The notes: generated by a model not told the origin, from the letters alone. A stretch of 64,000 nucleotides of DNA from Hydrurus foetidus (GCA_900617105.1 UYFQ01000852.1:186001-250000); one strand, 5' to 3'. Shown: positions 10,882 to 21,486, counted from the first letter of the stretch. A program made the numbers and translations.

Positions 10882-12815
10882 TGCGGGCGCTTGGCCGTGC
10901 GGCCGATCGCAAGGTCGCTCTCGTTCTGGCCGTCCCGGCCTCATCAATGGCAGGCCTGGCGACCGCGGTCTGGGCCCTGCAGTACCGCCGCCGCAGAACG
11001 ACCGCACCTTCGCGAACGGCCCTGTCGATGCAGTCGGCGATGACCTGAGCTGGACGACGGTCGGCGGGGATGCCGGCCACCTGCGTCATTCGACACTCCG
11101 CCAGCTCACCCTGAAACGGTCGGACGTCTGGAACAGGCCTGGACCTATCGGACCGGCGAGGTTGCCCGTCGCGGCAGGCTGATCAACCGGTCGAAGTTCC
11201 GGGCGACGCCCATTCTGCCGCCGGCAACCTCGTTTTGTGCACGCCCTTCAACCGCGTGATCGCGCTCGACCCGCCACGGGTCGGGAAAAATGGGTGCATG
11301 ATCCGGAAATCGACACAGCCGAACGGCCTGCCAATGACTTCAACTGTCGCGGCGTGGCGTCCTGGCGCGCCGCGACCGAGGCGGCCCGCGAGCGCCCATG
11401 CGGCGAACGCATCCTGACAGCCACGAACGACCGTCGCCTGATCGCGCTGGATGCCGGACCGGTCGCCGATGCGAGGACTTTGGTCGCGGCGGCACGGTCG
11501 AGGTCGTTGGCGCGTCGAAGTCCATCGACCCGGCGAGTCCAGATCGTCGCCGCGCCGGCCGTCATCGGCGACGTGGTCGTGGTGGGCTCGGTGTGGCAGA
11601 CAACCGCCTCGCCGCGGCAGCCAGCGGCGCCGTTCGGGCCTTCGATGTCCGGACGGGCCGGCAGGTCTGGCACCTGGATCCCGTGGCCTCGGCGGACGGT
11701 CGGACGGGTGGCGGCAATGTCTGGAGCTCGATCAGCGCCGACCCTCGAGAGACCTGGTCTTCCTGCCGACCAGCAGCCCGTCGCCGGACTTCTTTGGCGG
11801 CGGCCGATCGCCGACAGCCCGCTGACCAACGCCGTGGTGGCCGTGCGCGCCTCGACAGGCGAAGTGGTCAGGGCCTTCCAGACCGTCCATCACGACCTGT
11901 GGGACTATGACGTGCCCGCCGCACCGACCCTGTTCGAGCTGGACCGCGCCGGTCGCCGGATCCCGGCCCTGGCCTTCGCCACCAGGCAGGGTTCCTCTAT
12001 GTGCTGGACCGAGAAACGGGTCGCCCTGTTCGATGTCGAGAACGCCCCGTTCCAGCTTCGGACGTTCCGGCAACGCTCGCCGACCCAGCCCTTTCACTCC
12101 CTCCCGACCATCGCGCCCCAGTCGGTCGGTCTTTCCGACGCCTTCGGCGTGCCAGCTTCGATCGCGCCCAGTGCGCTCGACGTCTCGCGGCGCATCGGAA
12201 TGAAGGCCTGTTCACGCCCCTCGACGGGGAACAATCTGCGCCCCGACGACCGAGGTGGCGCGAACTGGGCGGCGTCACTATCGACCCCACGACGCAGCGA
12301 CTGTTCGTCAACAGCAGCCGCGCGGCGAGTCATCACCCTCGTCCCGAAGGACGCCGATCTCAGCCGCCCAATGTCGCTCGGCGACGGGCTCTCACTTACG
12401 GTGTGACAAGGCGGGCTCTGCTGTCTCCCTGGGTCTTCCGTGCAACCGCCCGCCCTGGGGCGCGCTCACCGCCGTCGATCTGACACAGGGACGCCGGGCT
12501 GGAGGTGCCCCTGGGCACGACGTCCACGCTCGCGCCGTTCGGCCTCGCATTTCGCTGGGGCACTCCGGGTCTCGGCGGGGCAATCACGGGCGGAGGGTTG
12601 TTGTTCATCGGCGCTGCGATGGACGACGACTGCGCGCCCGCAGCAGCCGGACCGGGAGGCGCTCTGGTCTGCGGACCTGCCGCGGGCGGTCAGGCGACGC
12701 CAATGACCTACGCCGTGGGGGACGCCAGTACGTCGTCATCTCAGCCGGCGGGCACGGCATCTGGACACAGACGCGGCGACTTCGTCGTGGCCTATGCCCT
12801 CCCGTCGAGCAGATC
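10880..12815 (+). CDS. PQQ-dependent dehydrogenase (glucose/quinate dehydrogenase-like), frameshifted
   Basis: CTPFNRVIALD, ATNDRRLIALDA, GGNVWSSISAD, FQTVHHDLWDYDVPAAPTL, GGANW, PCNRPPWGALTAVDL, AGGQATPMTY, GDFVVAYALP. Confidence 0.9.
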
Positions 12816-12957
12816 CGACGCCCGGAGCCGGCACAGGCGGGGACCAGACCCGGTGCAGCGGATCGTCGATCCCTCTACCCCGCCTCTGCACCGGGTCTCG
12901 ATCGCCCGGAAGATCCTCAAACGCGACCACCGCGGCAACGGAGATCTCACGGCGGGC

Positions 12958-13342
12958 GTGCGCCCTGCAGCTCGGGCCCTTGTTACCCTCATCGCCATCG
13001 GGCGGGCGAAGCCTGCGACCCAGGCCAGGTCAGTTCTCCCCTTCTGGGTGACTGGCGCGCGCCGGACGGTGCAGCCGTTGCCCGCGTGGCCTGCGAGCGG
13101 GGACAGGGCCTCTGCGCCACCGTCATCGCGGAACGTCCTGCGCCGGCGACGCCCGACGCTCGGTCGAGGTCATGGTCCGGAACCTGCTGCCGGCCCGGGG
13201 CGGATGGCGGGGAACCTACGGTCTGCCTGGCGAGAACCTGTCCACGCGTGTAGCGTCTCATAAATCCTGACACGATCGAGCTGCGGGTCTGCGCCAACAT
13301 CATCCTGTGCGAGGTCATCCGCTACGCGCGGTGCGGGAGTAG
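12958..13342 (+). CDS. Small secreted DUF2147-like protein (copy 2)
   Basis: SPLLGDWRAPDGAAVARVAC...LCATVI, GGWRGTY, C-terminal IELRVCANIILCEVIRY; same pattern as copy 1. Confidence 0.55.
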
Positions 13343-13345
13343 ATA

Positions 13346-14084
13346 GTGAACTCATCTCTGAAGAGAACTGCGCTGGCTCTGGCGTCCGCTGGGCCCAGCG
13401 GGGCTGTACCTCCGATGCCGCGACCGGGGTCAGCCTGTCGAACTATTCACGCCTCGGCGAGGTGACCGGCCGGCTGAACAACGCCGAGGCCCGATCCGGA
13501 GCAGCGTCGAAACCACCACCCGCTGTGGATCAGACCGTGGCTATGCGCCGGGACTGGAAAGCTCGCCCCGTTCCCGAAGGGTCCAGGACCGTGCTCAGCG
13601 ACAGGCTCGCCGTCGAATGTGCGTGGCGCGCTTTCGACGGCGTTCGAGCTGCGGGACCATGCGGTGGAGGGCTACAGGCACCGCGTCTTCATCACCGACC
13701 TTAAGCCGACGGGCCGCATAGCCCGCGGCGGCGTCTGTCCCACTGGGCTTCTTCATCACCCATCGGCGCACGGATTCGCTGGGATTGGGAAGTCTCGCCG
13801 TCGAAGGCCGAGCTGCTCGACGCCGAAGGCCATCAGGTCGCGGCCATGGTCTGCAGCGTCGGGATGCCGACATGTCCGTGACCGGCGCGACGGTCTCCAG
13901 ATCAGCGATGACCTACGAGCTGCGCGAGCGACGCCGCCAACGATTTGCGCAACTGGTTCGACCACGCTGCGAAACAGGGCGGGGACATAGCGCGTTCGCT
14001 TCCTGCGCTCCTGGGCGAGGCACGGCGATCCCGTGCCGGATCATGATCGTGGCGGACGGGGCCAGAGGCGTACTCGCCCGCTGA
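13346..14084 (+). CDS. DUF3313-like lipoprotein
   Basis: Lipobox-like ..GCTS, SLSNYSRL, RVFITDLKPTG, GLGSLAVEAELLDAEGHQVAAMV (stitched). Confidence 0.55.
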
Positions 14085-14144
14085 CCCCGGCCTGCCACCC
14101 GAAAGTTATGAGCGCGACGATAAAGCTCTAACGCCGAGGCAGCG

Positions 14145-16110
14145 ATGAGCCAGGACTTCATCCGGCCTGAAGGCGATCCTGAGCGGCCTTGGCGTCATAC
14201 TGGTGTTCGCCTCGCTGCTCGCGTCCTTGCCCGTCCGGGCCCAGAGATCGGAAGCGGGACCGTCAACGGCGCGGCTCGCGCCTGGACAGCCATTCCGCGG
14301 CTGAGCTCGAAGCCTTCATCGGCGGCTATGTCGGGGCCGATGGAGACTGCCCACATCGCCGGCCCTGACCCTGGCGTCGTTCAGAGCGGCAAGCCTGTGC
14401 TGCTCAAAGGCTGGCTTCGCACGTTCGGACACTATCCCGAACCCGTCGATCCGCGGCGAACGCGGTTTTCGTATCGGATCGATTTCAAGACCAGCCTACC
14501 TGGCTGCCTGGCCCAGGAAATCAGCCGGACGGCTTCGCCTCGACGATCCTATCGAGCACCTGCCGCCCTGCTGTGGCTCTCGGATGACGGGTTCAGCGCG
14601 CGGTCCTCGTGCGACCTACCCGCCCATTCCGCGGGCTCGAGGATCTCACCTTCGGACACATGATGGCGCGCACACCCGATGAGATACCGACGATGTCAGA
14701 CTATCTGGCTTCGCATCGGCCGCGCCGCGTCAGGCCGCCGGGGGTCGTGTCATCCTACTCAACTACGGCGCGGTCTGGCGGGAGCGATGGTCGTCGAAAC
14801 CTCCGGGGCACAGACTTTCCGACCCTTGCCGAGACCCGGATCTTCCAACCCCTGGGGATGCGCGCGACCAGTTTCGTGAGCCCATCTGATGCAGCCGCGA
14901 CTGCCGTCATCGCTGACGCGCGGGCGGCTTCGGCGACGAGTGACGGGTTTCGCTGGCGTGGTCGCCTCACCGCCGAGCCTTTGAATACCTCTCCGGAATA
15001 GCTCCAGGGGTTCGGCCACCTCAACGGCGGAAGACATGGCAGCCTACATATGACGGCGCTGCTGAACACCGGCGTGCCGGCGTCTCCACGGGAGACCTGA
15101 CCGTCAACGCCCTGTTCCTACCCTCGACCCGCCGGGTGCCCTGAATCCCTGGCCGCTGGGGTTCGCGAGGCAGACCCGCAGCGGCTTCCAGACCTTCGGC
15201 CATGACGGTGCGACGTTGAACTTTTCCAGCAACATGGAGTTCGCTCCGACGCTGGATCTGGGAATCTTCGTGTCCGCAAACACGGAATCGGCTGGACCGC
15301 TGACCGAAGCCCTGCCCGCCGCGATCATTCGCCACTTCTATGGTGCGGGCACGAGCCGGTGCCGGTGCTGGCCGAACGAGACCTCGGCCCATACGCCGGG
15401 AGCTTCATCGGCACGCGCCGTACCTACTCGGGCATGGCAGGAATGATCGGCCTGCTCACGAGCCAGATCACTGTCAGGGTCGTCGACGGCCAGTCCCTGG
15501 AGGTCTCGGGTATCGGGCGTTTCCAGATCACGGAAAACCCGGACCGCTTCGATGCCGTCAGCGGCGATGGCTTCATCGGTCTCAGCGTGATGCGCGTCAG
15601 AGGTCGTGTCGTGGACGACCAGACGAACGCCCTGTCGTTCGAGCGAACCCCTTCTACCAGCAGATGATCGTTTTTGTGGTCTGCGCCGGACTGGCCCTCG
15701 CGCTGGTGCCCTGGCCCTGTTCTCGGCCTTGATGAGACTGGGCAGCCGGGAGCAAGCCCGGTTCGCGGCGCAGACATTTCCGAGACACTGGGCGCGCTGT
15801 CGTTCCTGACGGCAGCCGGTTTCTTCGCGGCCTGGGTCGCAAAGGCGGAAAGACGCCTACAGGTGCTGTATGTCTGGCCCGATCCTTGATGGTGGTCGCG
15901 TCCCTGGCCGCGCTTGTCGGCACTCTGATCACGCTGGCGATGATCCCGACACTGCCGCTGGTTTGGCGAGACCGGTCGAACTGGACGATTGTCCGAAAGG
16001 TCTCGTTCACCCTCAACGCCATAGCCTTCTCCGCCTTTGGCCTGGTGATCGCCCTTTGGGGGGCTTCGTTTTGGGTGACAGGCAAGGCGCGCATTGCCGA
16101 TACGAAGCCG
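14145..16110 (+). CDS. Serine hydrolase (beta-lactamase/PBP family) with C-terminal TM segments
   Basis: TRF(R)IGSISKT-like SxxK region, AHSAG, PPGVVSSYS, RIFQPLGMRATSF, FGHDGATLNFSSNM. Confidence 0.8.
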
Positions 16111-16180
16111 AGCACTTGCGTTCGCAGGATTTGTTAGTACGTTTGTACCAGTATAATATTTTGATCGGACGGAGCCGACG

Positions 16181-16710
16181 ATGAACGGTGACATCATTGC
16201 GCCTGGTGGTCGACTCGAACCCCATCGTCGTCGGATGGTCCGCTGGTGGCATGCAGCGATTTTCTGGGTGCTGGTCAATCTGCCGGGCTTCCTGACCGGT
16301 TTCCGCGAGAACTCTTTCCCGGCTTTCGATCGCCTCCCCTGCGGCCACCGGGGCTGCGTTCCCCGTCATCTGGTTCTTCATCACGGTCTGCACGCTCTGG
16401 GTGGGCCTGCGCATCCTCAATAACCTTGAACTGAACCGAAGGCCTCTGCACATCTTTCTGCAGGCGCTGTTCTGGCTGGTCTTCGCCGTATTCCCCTATT
16501 TCTTCTTCACCCTATCCAGCCCGATCATTGGCGGTCTGCTGACACAGCTCATCTTCGTGATCGCTCTGGCTGAAGTCGATGCTTTGTGGCGCGACGACAG
16601 AACCAGCTATCTGATGCTCCTGCTGTTGGCATGGGGGCTTTTGCCGGTCTGGTGTCGACATGGCAGGCCCTCTTCAACCCAGACCCGTTTCTGGGTTGGC
16701 CTGCTTTCTA
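16181..16710 (+). CDS. tspO: TspO/MBR family tryptophan-rich sensory protein
   Basis: LRPPG(x)AFPVIWFFI, FFFTLSSPIIGG, Trp-rich multi-TM pattern; TATAAT at 16152. Confidence 0.7.
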
Positions 16711-16860
16711 AACGCAGGTCTGTGAAGAGAGCACGTAAACGGGCCCCGCTGGACATCCAGGTTTCAGCCAGGCGGCGGGAGTCCTCCGTTTCCGATCGTC
16801 TGGCTTTCGATCCACCGAAATTGATTTTGCCGCCAGGCTGTTGTTCTATTTCCGAAGTGG

Positions 16861-16907
16861 AAGCTTCCCTGCTTTTCGTGCGGGTTCGATTCCCGCCGCC
16901 CGCTCCA
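16861..16907 (+). mobile_element. 3' half of tRNA-Gly(CCC), degenerate anticodon loop; att-like scar 1
   Basis: AAGCTTCCCTGCTTTTCGTGCGGGTTCGATTCCCGCCGCCCGCTCCA: T-arm, acceptor 3' strand, U discriminator and CCA; no 5' half upstream. Confidence 0.85.
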
Positions 16908-17540
16908 TTTTTCTATTATTGACAGTCGGTTGAAGGTGCGCACGTTGGCTTTGCGTCTGCCAGCCACGCCCAATTGCCAGCAGCGCGCCGGTCCGACTGC
17001 TTCCCCTAGCTCTTTGGCAGCGCTCCTCCTGCCCAGGCCGTCCACCCACCAACCTATCTGTCCGATAGCGGATGTGCCGGAGGTGTTTGGGGTGGAAAAA
17101 CGACATTGGCGTCGGGTCCAAAACCGGACATCCACCTCGTGTCTGGGAGCGGACCTTGCTTCAGCCGGAGGCTTGACTGATGTGCTCATCGCCGTTCAGT
17201 TAAACTTCCATTTGGAAACTATTGGAAACGACGGTGCGAGACTTGTTGCACGGTTTGCGTTCTGGGTGGCGCGAAGGTCAGCTGAGGGAGCGCGGCATTG
17301 TAGTATGCGCGTGTGCTGGCGGTTGGATTGCTGCGGCTGCGTTGATCCTCCAAGCGATCGCCCGATAACCAGTCGCTCTGTATCCGCAATGGGTCGAGCG
17401 GACATTCCCTTCGGGCCGTGAAACTGACGTTCGATTTGCCTCGAGCGACTGGGAAAGCGGCCACAACTCATTGAAGTGTTTAGCGCCCATTCGCCCCTGA
17501 TTGAGAGCTAAAGTGCTGATTTCGCTATAAACCGTACCGG

Positions 17541-17583
17541 TTCCCAAGCTTTTCGTGCGGGTTCGATTCCGCCGCCCGCTCCA
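17541..17583 (+). mobile_element. 3' half of tRNA-Gly(CCC); att-like scar 2
   Basis: TTCCCAAGCTTTTCGTGCGGGTTCGATTCCGCCGCCCGCTCCA starts exactly at the anticodon loop; no 5' half. Confidence 0.85.
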
Positions 17584-17639
17584 GAGCGCGTCATCCGGGC
17601 CGGCTTCAGGCCGGGCCCTTGCCGTCGAGGTGACGCGCC

Positions 17640-18894
17640 TCACAGCGCGGTCACGAAGACCGCCGTGGCCCCGGCCATGACCGCCGTCGCCACCCATCCC
17701 GCGATCGTCGCGCCGCGCGAGAGCGTAAGACGGCCCATGGCGCGGGGATTGCCTGCGATCAGCATCATCACCGCCATCAGGGCGCGGCCAGCACCCGTTC
17801 ACGACCGCGGCCCAGAACAGGGCCCGCGCGGGATCGATACCGATATAGTTGAGGGAGGCCCCAGCAGGTCGTCACGGCGATGGTGGCGTAGAACAGGCGC
17901 GCATGGGTTTGGCGTCGAGGCTTCCCGCGACGCCGACCATCTCGGTGACGGCATAGGCCGCCGACCCGGCCAGGACCGGCACCGCCAGCAGGCCTGTGCC
18001 GATGATGCCGACCGCGAACAGAGCGAAGGCGAACGGGCCGGCGATCGGCCGCAATGCCTCGGCCGCCTGGGACGAGGTCTCGATATCGGTGATACCGTGG
18101 GCATTGAGGGTCGCCGCCGTGGCGAACACGATCGCCAGCGACACAAGGGTACTGAAGCCCATCCCGACGAGGGTGTCGAGACGGATGCGCTCCAGCTCCG
18201 GCCCGCTTCGCGCGGCGTGATGCACAGGGGCTTGGCATGATGGCGGTGCTGTTCCTCGATCTCCTGGCCGGCCTGCCAGAAGAAAGATAGGGGCTGATCG
18301 TGGTCCCCAGGATCGCCACCATGGCCGTGCATAGGCCGCGTTCCACTGGATCCCGGGCACCACCAGCGAGGTCAGGGCCCGCCCACGGCACGCCCGCGAC
18401 CGCGACGACCGCGACATAGCTCAGCAGCGACAGGGTGGTCCATTTCAGGACGGCAGCGTAGCGCGCGTAGTTCAGCGCGACCTCGATCACCACGCAGAAG
18501 ACCCGAACAACAGGGTGTAGAGCGCGCTCTGCCGCCGGTCAGGAGGCTGAGCGCCGCGCCCATCGCGCTGAGGTCCGCGCCGAGGTTGATGATGTTGGCG
18601 ATCAGCAGCAGGGTCACGACGCCCCAGAGAAGGGGCGGGGATAGTGGCGGCGGACATTGCGCGCGATGCCGCCTCCGGTCACGCGACCGATCTGGGCCGC
18701 CACCTGCTGGATGACGAACAGCAGCGAAAGCTGAACACGAAGGTCCAGGCCAGCCCGTAGCCGAACTGGGCTCCCACCTGACTGTGGGTGCCGATGCCGC
18801 TGGGATCGTCATCGGCCGCGCCGGTGACCAGCCCCGGACCCAGACGCGCGAGGAAGGCACGCGCGCCTGACGGCTCCGTTCGTTTGCCTGCCAT
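17640..18894 (-). CDS. Nramp/MntH-related divalent metal transporter
   Basis: LGPGLVTGAADDDPSGIGTHSQVGAQFGY, ANIINLGADL, AILGTTISPYL. Confidence 0.88.
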
Positions 18895-19288
18895 CAGCCG
18901 CCGGATCCGGCCTGGCGCACCGTCTCGAGGTAGGCGATCAGATCGTCGATCTCGCCCGCCCGGAAGGTGAAGGACGGCATCGCCGGGTGGGTCGTCACCA
19001 ACCCCGCGCCATGGCCGTCTCGAGATCATCGAGCGAACGCCGCGCGACGATGTCGCGGGCGGCGCGGCCGCATAGGGGCTGACCCGGACGACCCGACGGC
19101 ATGACAGCTGGCGCAGACACCGTCGGCGATCGCGCCCCTGGCTGCGGCCTGCCGGTCGAGCGCCGCCCGGTCGGGAGCAGGCACCTCCCGGGCGGTGCGG
19201 GCGACGGACGTCGCAGGGTCAGGCGCGCAACCGAAAAGCGCCAGCACAGTCAGAAGGGTGGCGGTCGCGGGGTGCGCATGGGCATCAT
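18894..19288 (-). CDS. Monoheme cytochrome c lipoprotein
   Basis: Lipobox LALFGC, CASCH heme motif, HPAMPSF; stop overlaps the Nramp start (TGATG). Confidence 0.8.
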
Positions 19289-19329
19289 CCTGGTTCGACA
19301 GGAGACTGGGCCGGCCGCCGGCGGCGGCT

Positions 19330-19343
19330 TTGACCTGGGTCAA
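19330..19343. promoter_or_regulatory. FNR/FixK box
   Basis: TTGACCTGGGTCAA (perfect TTGA-N6-TCAA) about 45 bp upstream of the cytochrome c start. Confidence 0.8.
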
Positions 19344-19378
19344 ACGTGCAGCCCTGATCCTCCCCACAGAGCGCTCTG

Positions 19379-19951
19379 TCACCGCGCCCGTCCGCCGAGG
19401 GCAGAGACCTTGTCCAGCCAGCCCTGCAGGCGAAGTTCGTCCAGTCCCTCGACGTTGCCGACAATGCTGGATCGCGTCGGGCCGATACCGACGAAGCTCA
19501 GGATGTTGCGTTTCAGGGCCCTGAGCGAATGCGAGAAATAGAAGCCGCGATAGATCGCCGACGGCATGCCCATGGTGACGATGACGCGCGCTGCGACCCT
19601 TGAGGCGGCCATCGCCGATGCTTCGCTCCGCTGGCCGAAGGCGAACCCGGACGGAAGGTCTGTTCGAACAGTGCCTTCAACCGCGCGGGCATGCAGCCGA
19701 GCCAGAGCGGATAGAGGATCACCAGATGCTGCGCCCAGGCGATGTCCTGTTGAACACCGGTGATGACCGAGGCGCCGGCGCCGACCCAGTCGTCTCGCCG
19801 CATCAGGTCCGGGAACTCGAGGTCGCAGAGCCGGGTCCGGCGCACCTCATGGCCGGCGGCCCTGGCCCCGAGGCATAGGCGTCGGCAAGCGCATGGCAGA
19901 ATCGCCCTCCGCCGCGTCCGGGTGGCCATCCAGGATCAGGATGCGCGTCAT
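19379..19951 (-). CDS. NAD(P)H-dependent (quinone) oxidoreductase, flavodoxin-like fold
   Basis: MTRILILDGHPD, QQDIAWAQHLVILYPLWLGCMPARLKALFEQTFRPG, ARVIVTMGMP. Confidence 0.88.
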
Positions 19952-20341
19952 CCGCCGATCGCGCGCCGCAAGGCGTCGTCAACGGAGCCACCCGTTCCAC
20001 GCCGTAGGTATGGGTCTGTCCACCGGCGGAAATGATCGAGACATACTCTCCGACGATGAAACGCCTCGCCCAGCCGGAAGCCGGTGGCGTCCAGGTCGTC
20101 ACGTCCGTCCAGGTCCAGTAGCCATTGATCGCCGACCGTATGGCGCAGTCGGCCGGTCGCGATCGTCGCGTCCCGGATGAAGCGCCGGACGAAGCATCGC
20201 CCGGTGCCGCCACACAGGCGTCGAGGTCGAGCCGGCCCTCGTCGTCGAGGGCGCGACGAGGTCCCACCCGTCGCCGGCGTCACCGTGCGGATGTCCGGGC
20301 TCGCGCGCGAGTTCGAGGCGGATATGCTGGAACGCGGTCAT
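19948..20341 (-). CDS. Hypothetical protein
   Basis: MTAFQHIRLELAREPGHPHGD...APLDDEGRLD...FIVGEYVSI; overlaps the start of the downstream reductase. Confidence 0.6.
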
Positions 20342-20356
20342 GATGAACCTCTCCGG

Positions 20357-21178
20357 TCAGTGGCTGAGAAGGACGCAGACCGTGGCGTCGGCCAGCAGAT
20401 CCCGGGTGACGCCCCAGCGCCATTCCCGCAGTCGGGAATGTCCATATCCGCCCGCCACGATCAGGCCCGCGCCCCGGACTGCGGCGAACGAGGATGTCGT
20501 CGGACGCGCCGATCTGTCCGGGGTCTGAACATGGGCTTGCGCCGTCAGGCCGTGCCGCGCCAGCCAGGCGACGACGTCGGCCAGCCGGGTCCTGGCCGCC
20601 TCCTGTGCCTCGGTCTCGCAGACCTCCAGCACGTGGATTTCGGAGGCGTGGCGCAGCAGGGGCAGCCTGTCGCTACCGCTCGCTGCGCCTCGCGACTGTC
20701 CTTCCAGGCGATGACGGCGGGCCAGCCGGCGGGATCGCGATCGCGGGCGGGGACGATCAGGACCGGTCGGCCGACCGACATCAGGACGTCGGCGGGATCG
20801 ACGGCGTGGCCAGGCGACTTCGAAGATCGGCGACCGACAATGAGAAGGTCTGCCGCGCGGGCTTCGTGGATGACCACATCCGCAGGGTCGCCGAGCCGAC
20901 CACGCCATTCAGCGCGGTCCTGCCTTGGGGCGACGATATCGTGAAAGCGTTTGAGCGACGATCGCACCTCGGCCTCGGCCAGGTCGCGGAACAGGGTGAA
21001 GGCCTCACCCGGCATGGCCCCGCCGGTATGGGGATCCTCCAGCGGCGGAGGGTTGAGGGCGACGCCGCAGGCCGATCAGGTAGGCGTTCATGCCGGCAGC
21101 CAGGTCGCAGGCCAGGGCGACGCGGGCATCGCTCTCCAGGCTGTCGTCCACCGCGACCAGCAGCGTCTTAAAGGTCAT
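20357..21178 (-). CDS. Universal stress protein (tandem UspA domains)
   Basis: MTFKTLLVAVDD, ARAADLLIVG, GRPVLIVP, IAWKDSREAQRAV, LIVAGGYGHSRLREW..GVTRDLL. Confidence 0.88.
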
Positions 21179-21193
21179 CGCCTGCTCCTCCCT

Positions 21194-21310
21194 TCAGGAC
21201 CGCCAGCCGCGGCCCGGGATCGACGTCCGGACGGCGGTGCCCCAACCATGATGATGAAGACAGCAAGGCACCGCTGACAGCGCCGACAACGGAATGGCCG
21301 AGGCGGGCAT
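21194..21310 (-). CDS. Putative small single-TM protein (about 36-38 aa)
   Basis: AGGAG RBS, ATG MPASAIP..., hydrophobic core AVFIIMVG; first gene downstream of an FNR box. Confidence 0.45.
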   Translation of the reverse strand: MPASAIPLSALSAVPCCLHHHGWGTAVRTSIPGRGWRS

Positions 21311-21363
21311 GAGCTCGATCTCCTGACACCCCACTGGATGACCGGAACGGCCAGGCCTTGCCT

Positions 21364-21377
21364 TTGACCGAGATCAA
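21364..21377. promoter_or_regulatory. FNR/FixK box
   Basis: TTGACCGAGATCAA upstream of the small ORF-USP operon. Confidence 0.8.
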
Positions 21378-21472
21378 CTCGAAAGAGGCTGTGGAGACCG
21401 ACCAGGCTGCAGGCGAGAAGGAGGCCGCTGACGGGCCATGCGTCTCGATGCGCCTCCAGGCCTTCGCCCGCA

Positions 21473-21486
21473 TTGACCCGGGTCAG
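21473..21486. promoter_or_regulatory. Degenerate FNR/FixK box (possible autoregulation)
   Basis: TTGACCCGGGTCAG upstream of the Crp/Fnr regulator. Confidence 0.5.

Noticed and set aside
12505..13263. Apparent fusion of the PQQ dehydrogenase C-terminus to a downstream (MarR-like) domain
   Set aside because: Likely read-through caused by indels; the downstream part reconstructs as a separate signal-peptide DUF2147-like gene with a hairpin in between.
13254..13274. Pho-box-like sequence TCTCATAAATCCTGACAC
   Set aside because: Weak match that lies inside the reconstructed DUF2147-like coding region.
16830..16907. Intact tRNA-Gly gene
   Set aside because: No GCGGGCG 5' acceptor strand or D-arm upstream of either copy; only 3' halves are present.
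16930..17421. 163-aa ORF between the att scars
   Set aside because: TTG start, no clear RBS, no recognisable motif, and it runs through repeat-like hairpins; probably spurious.
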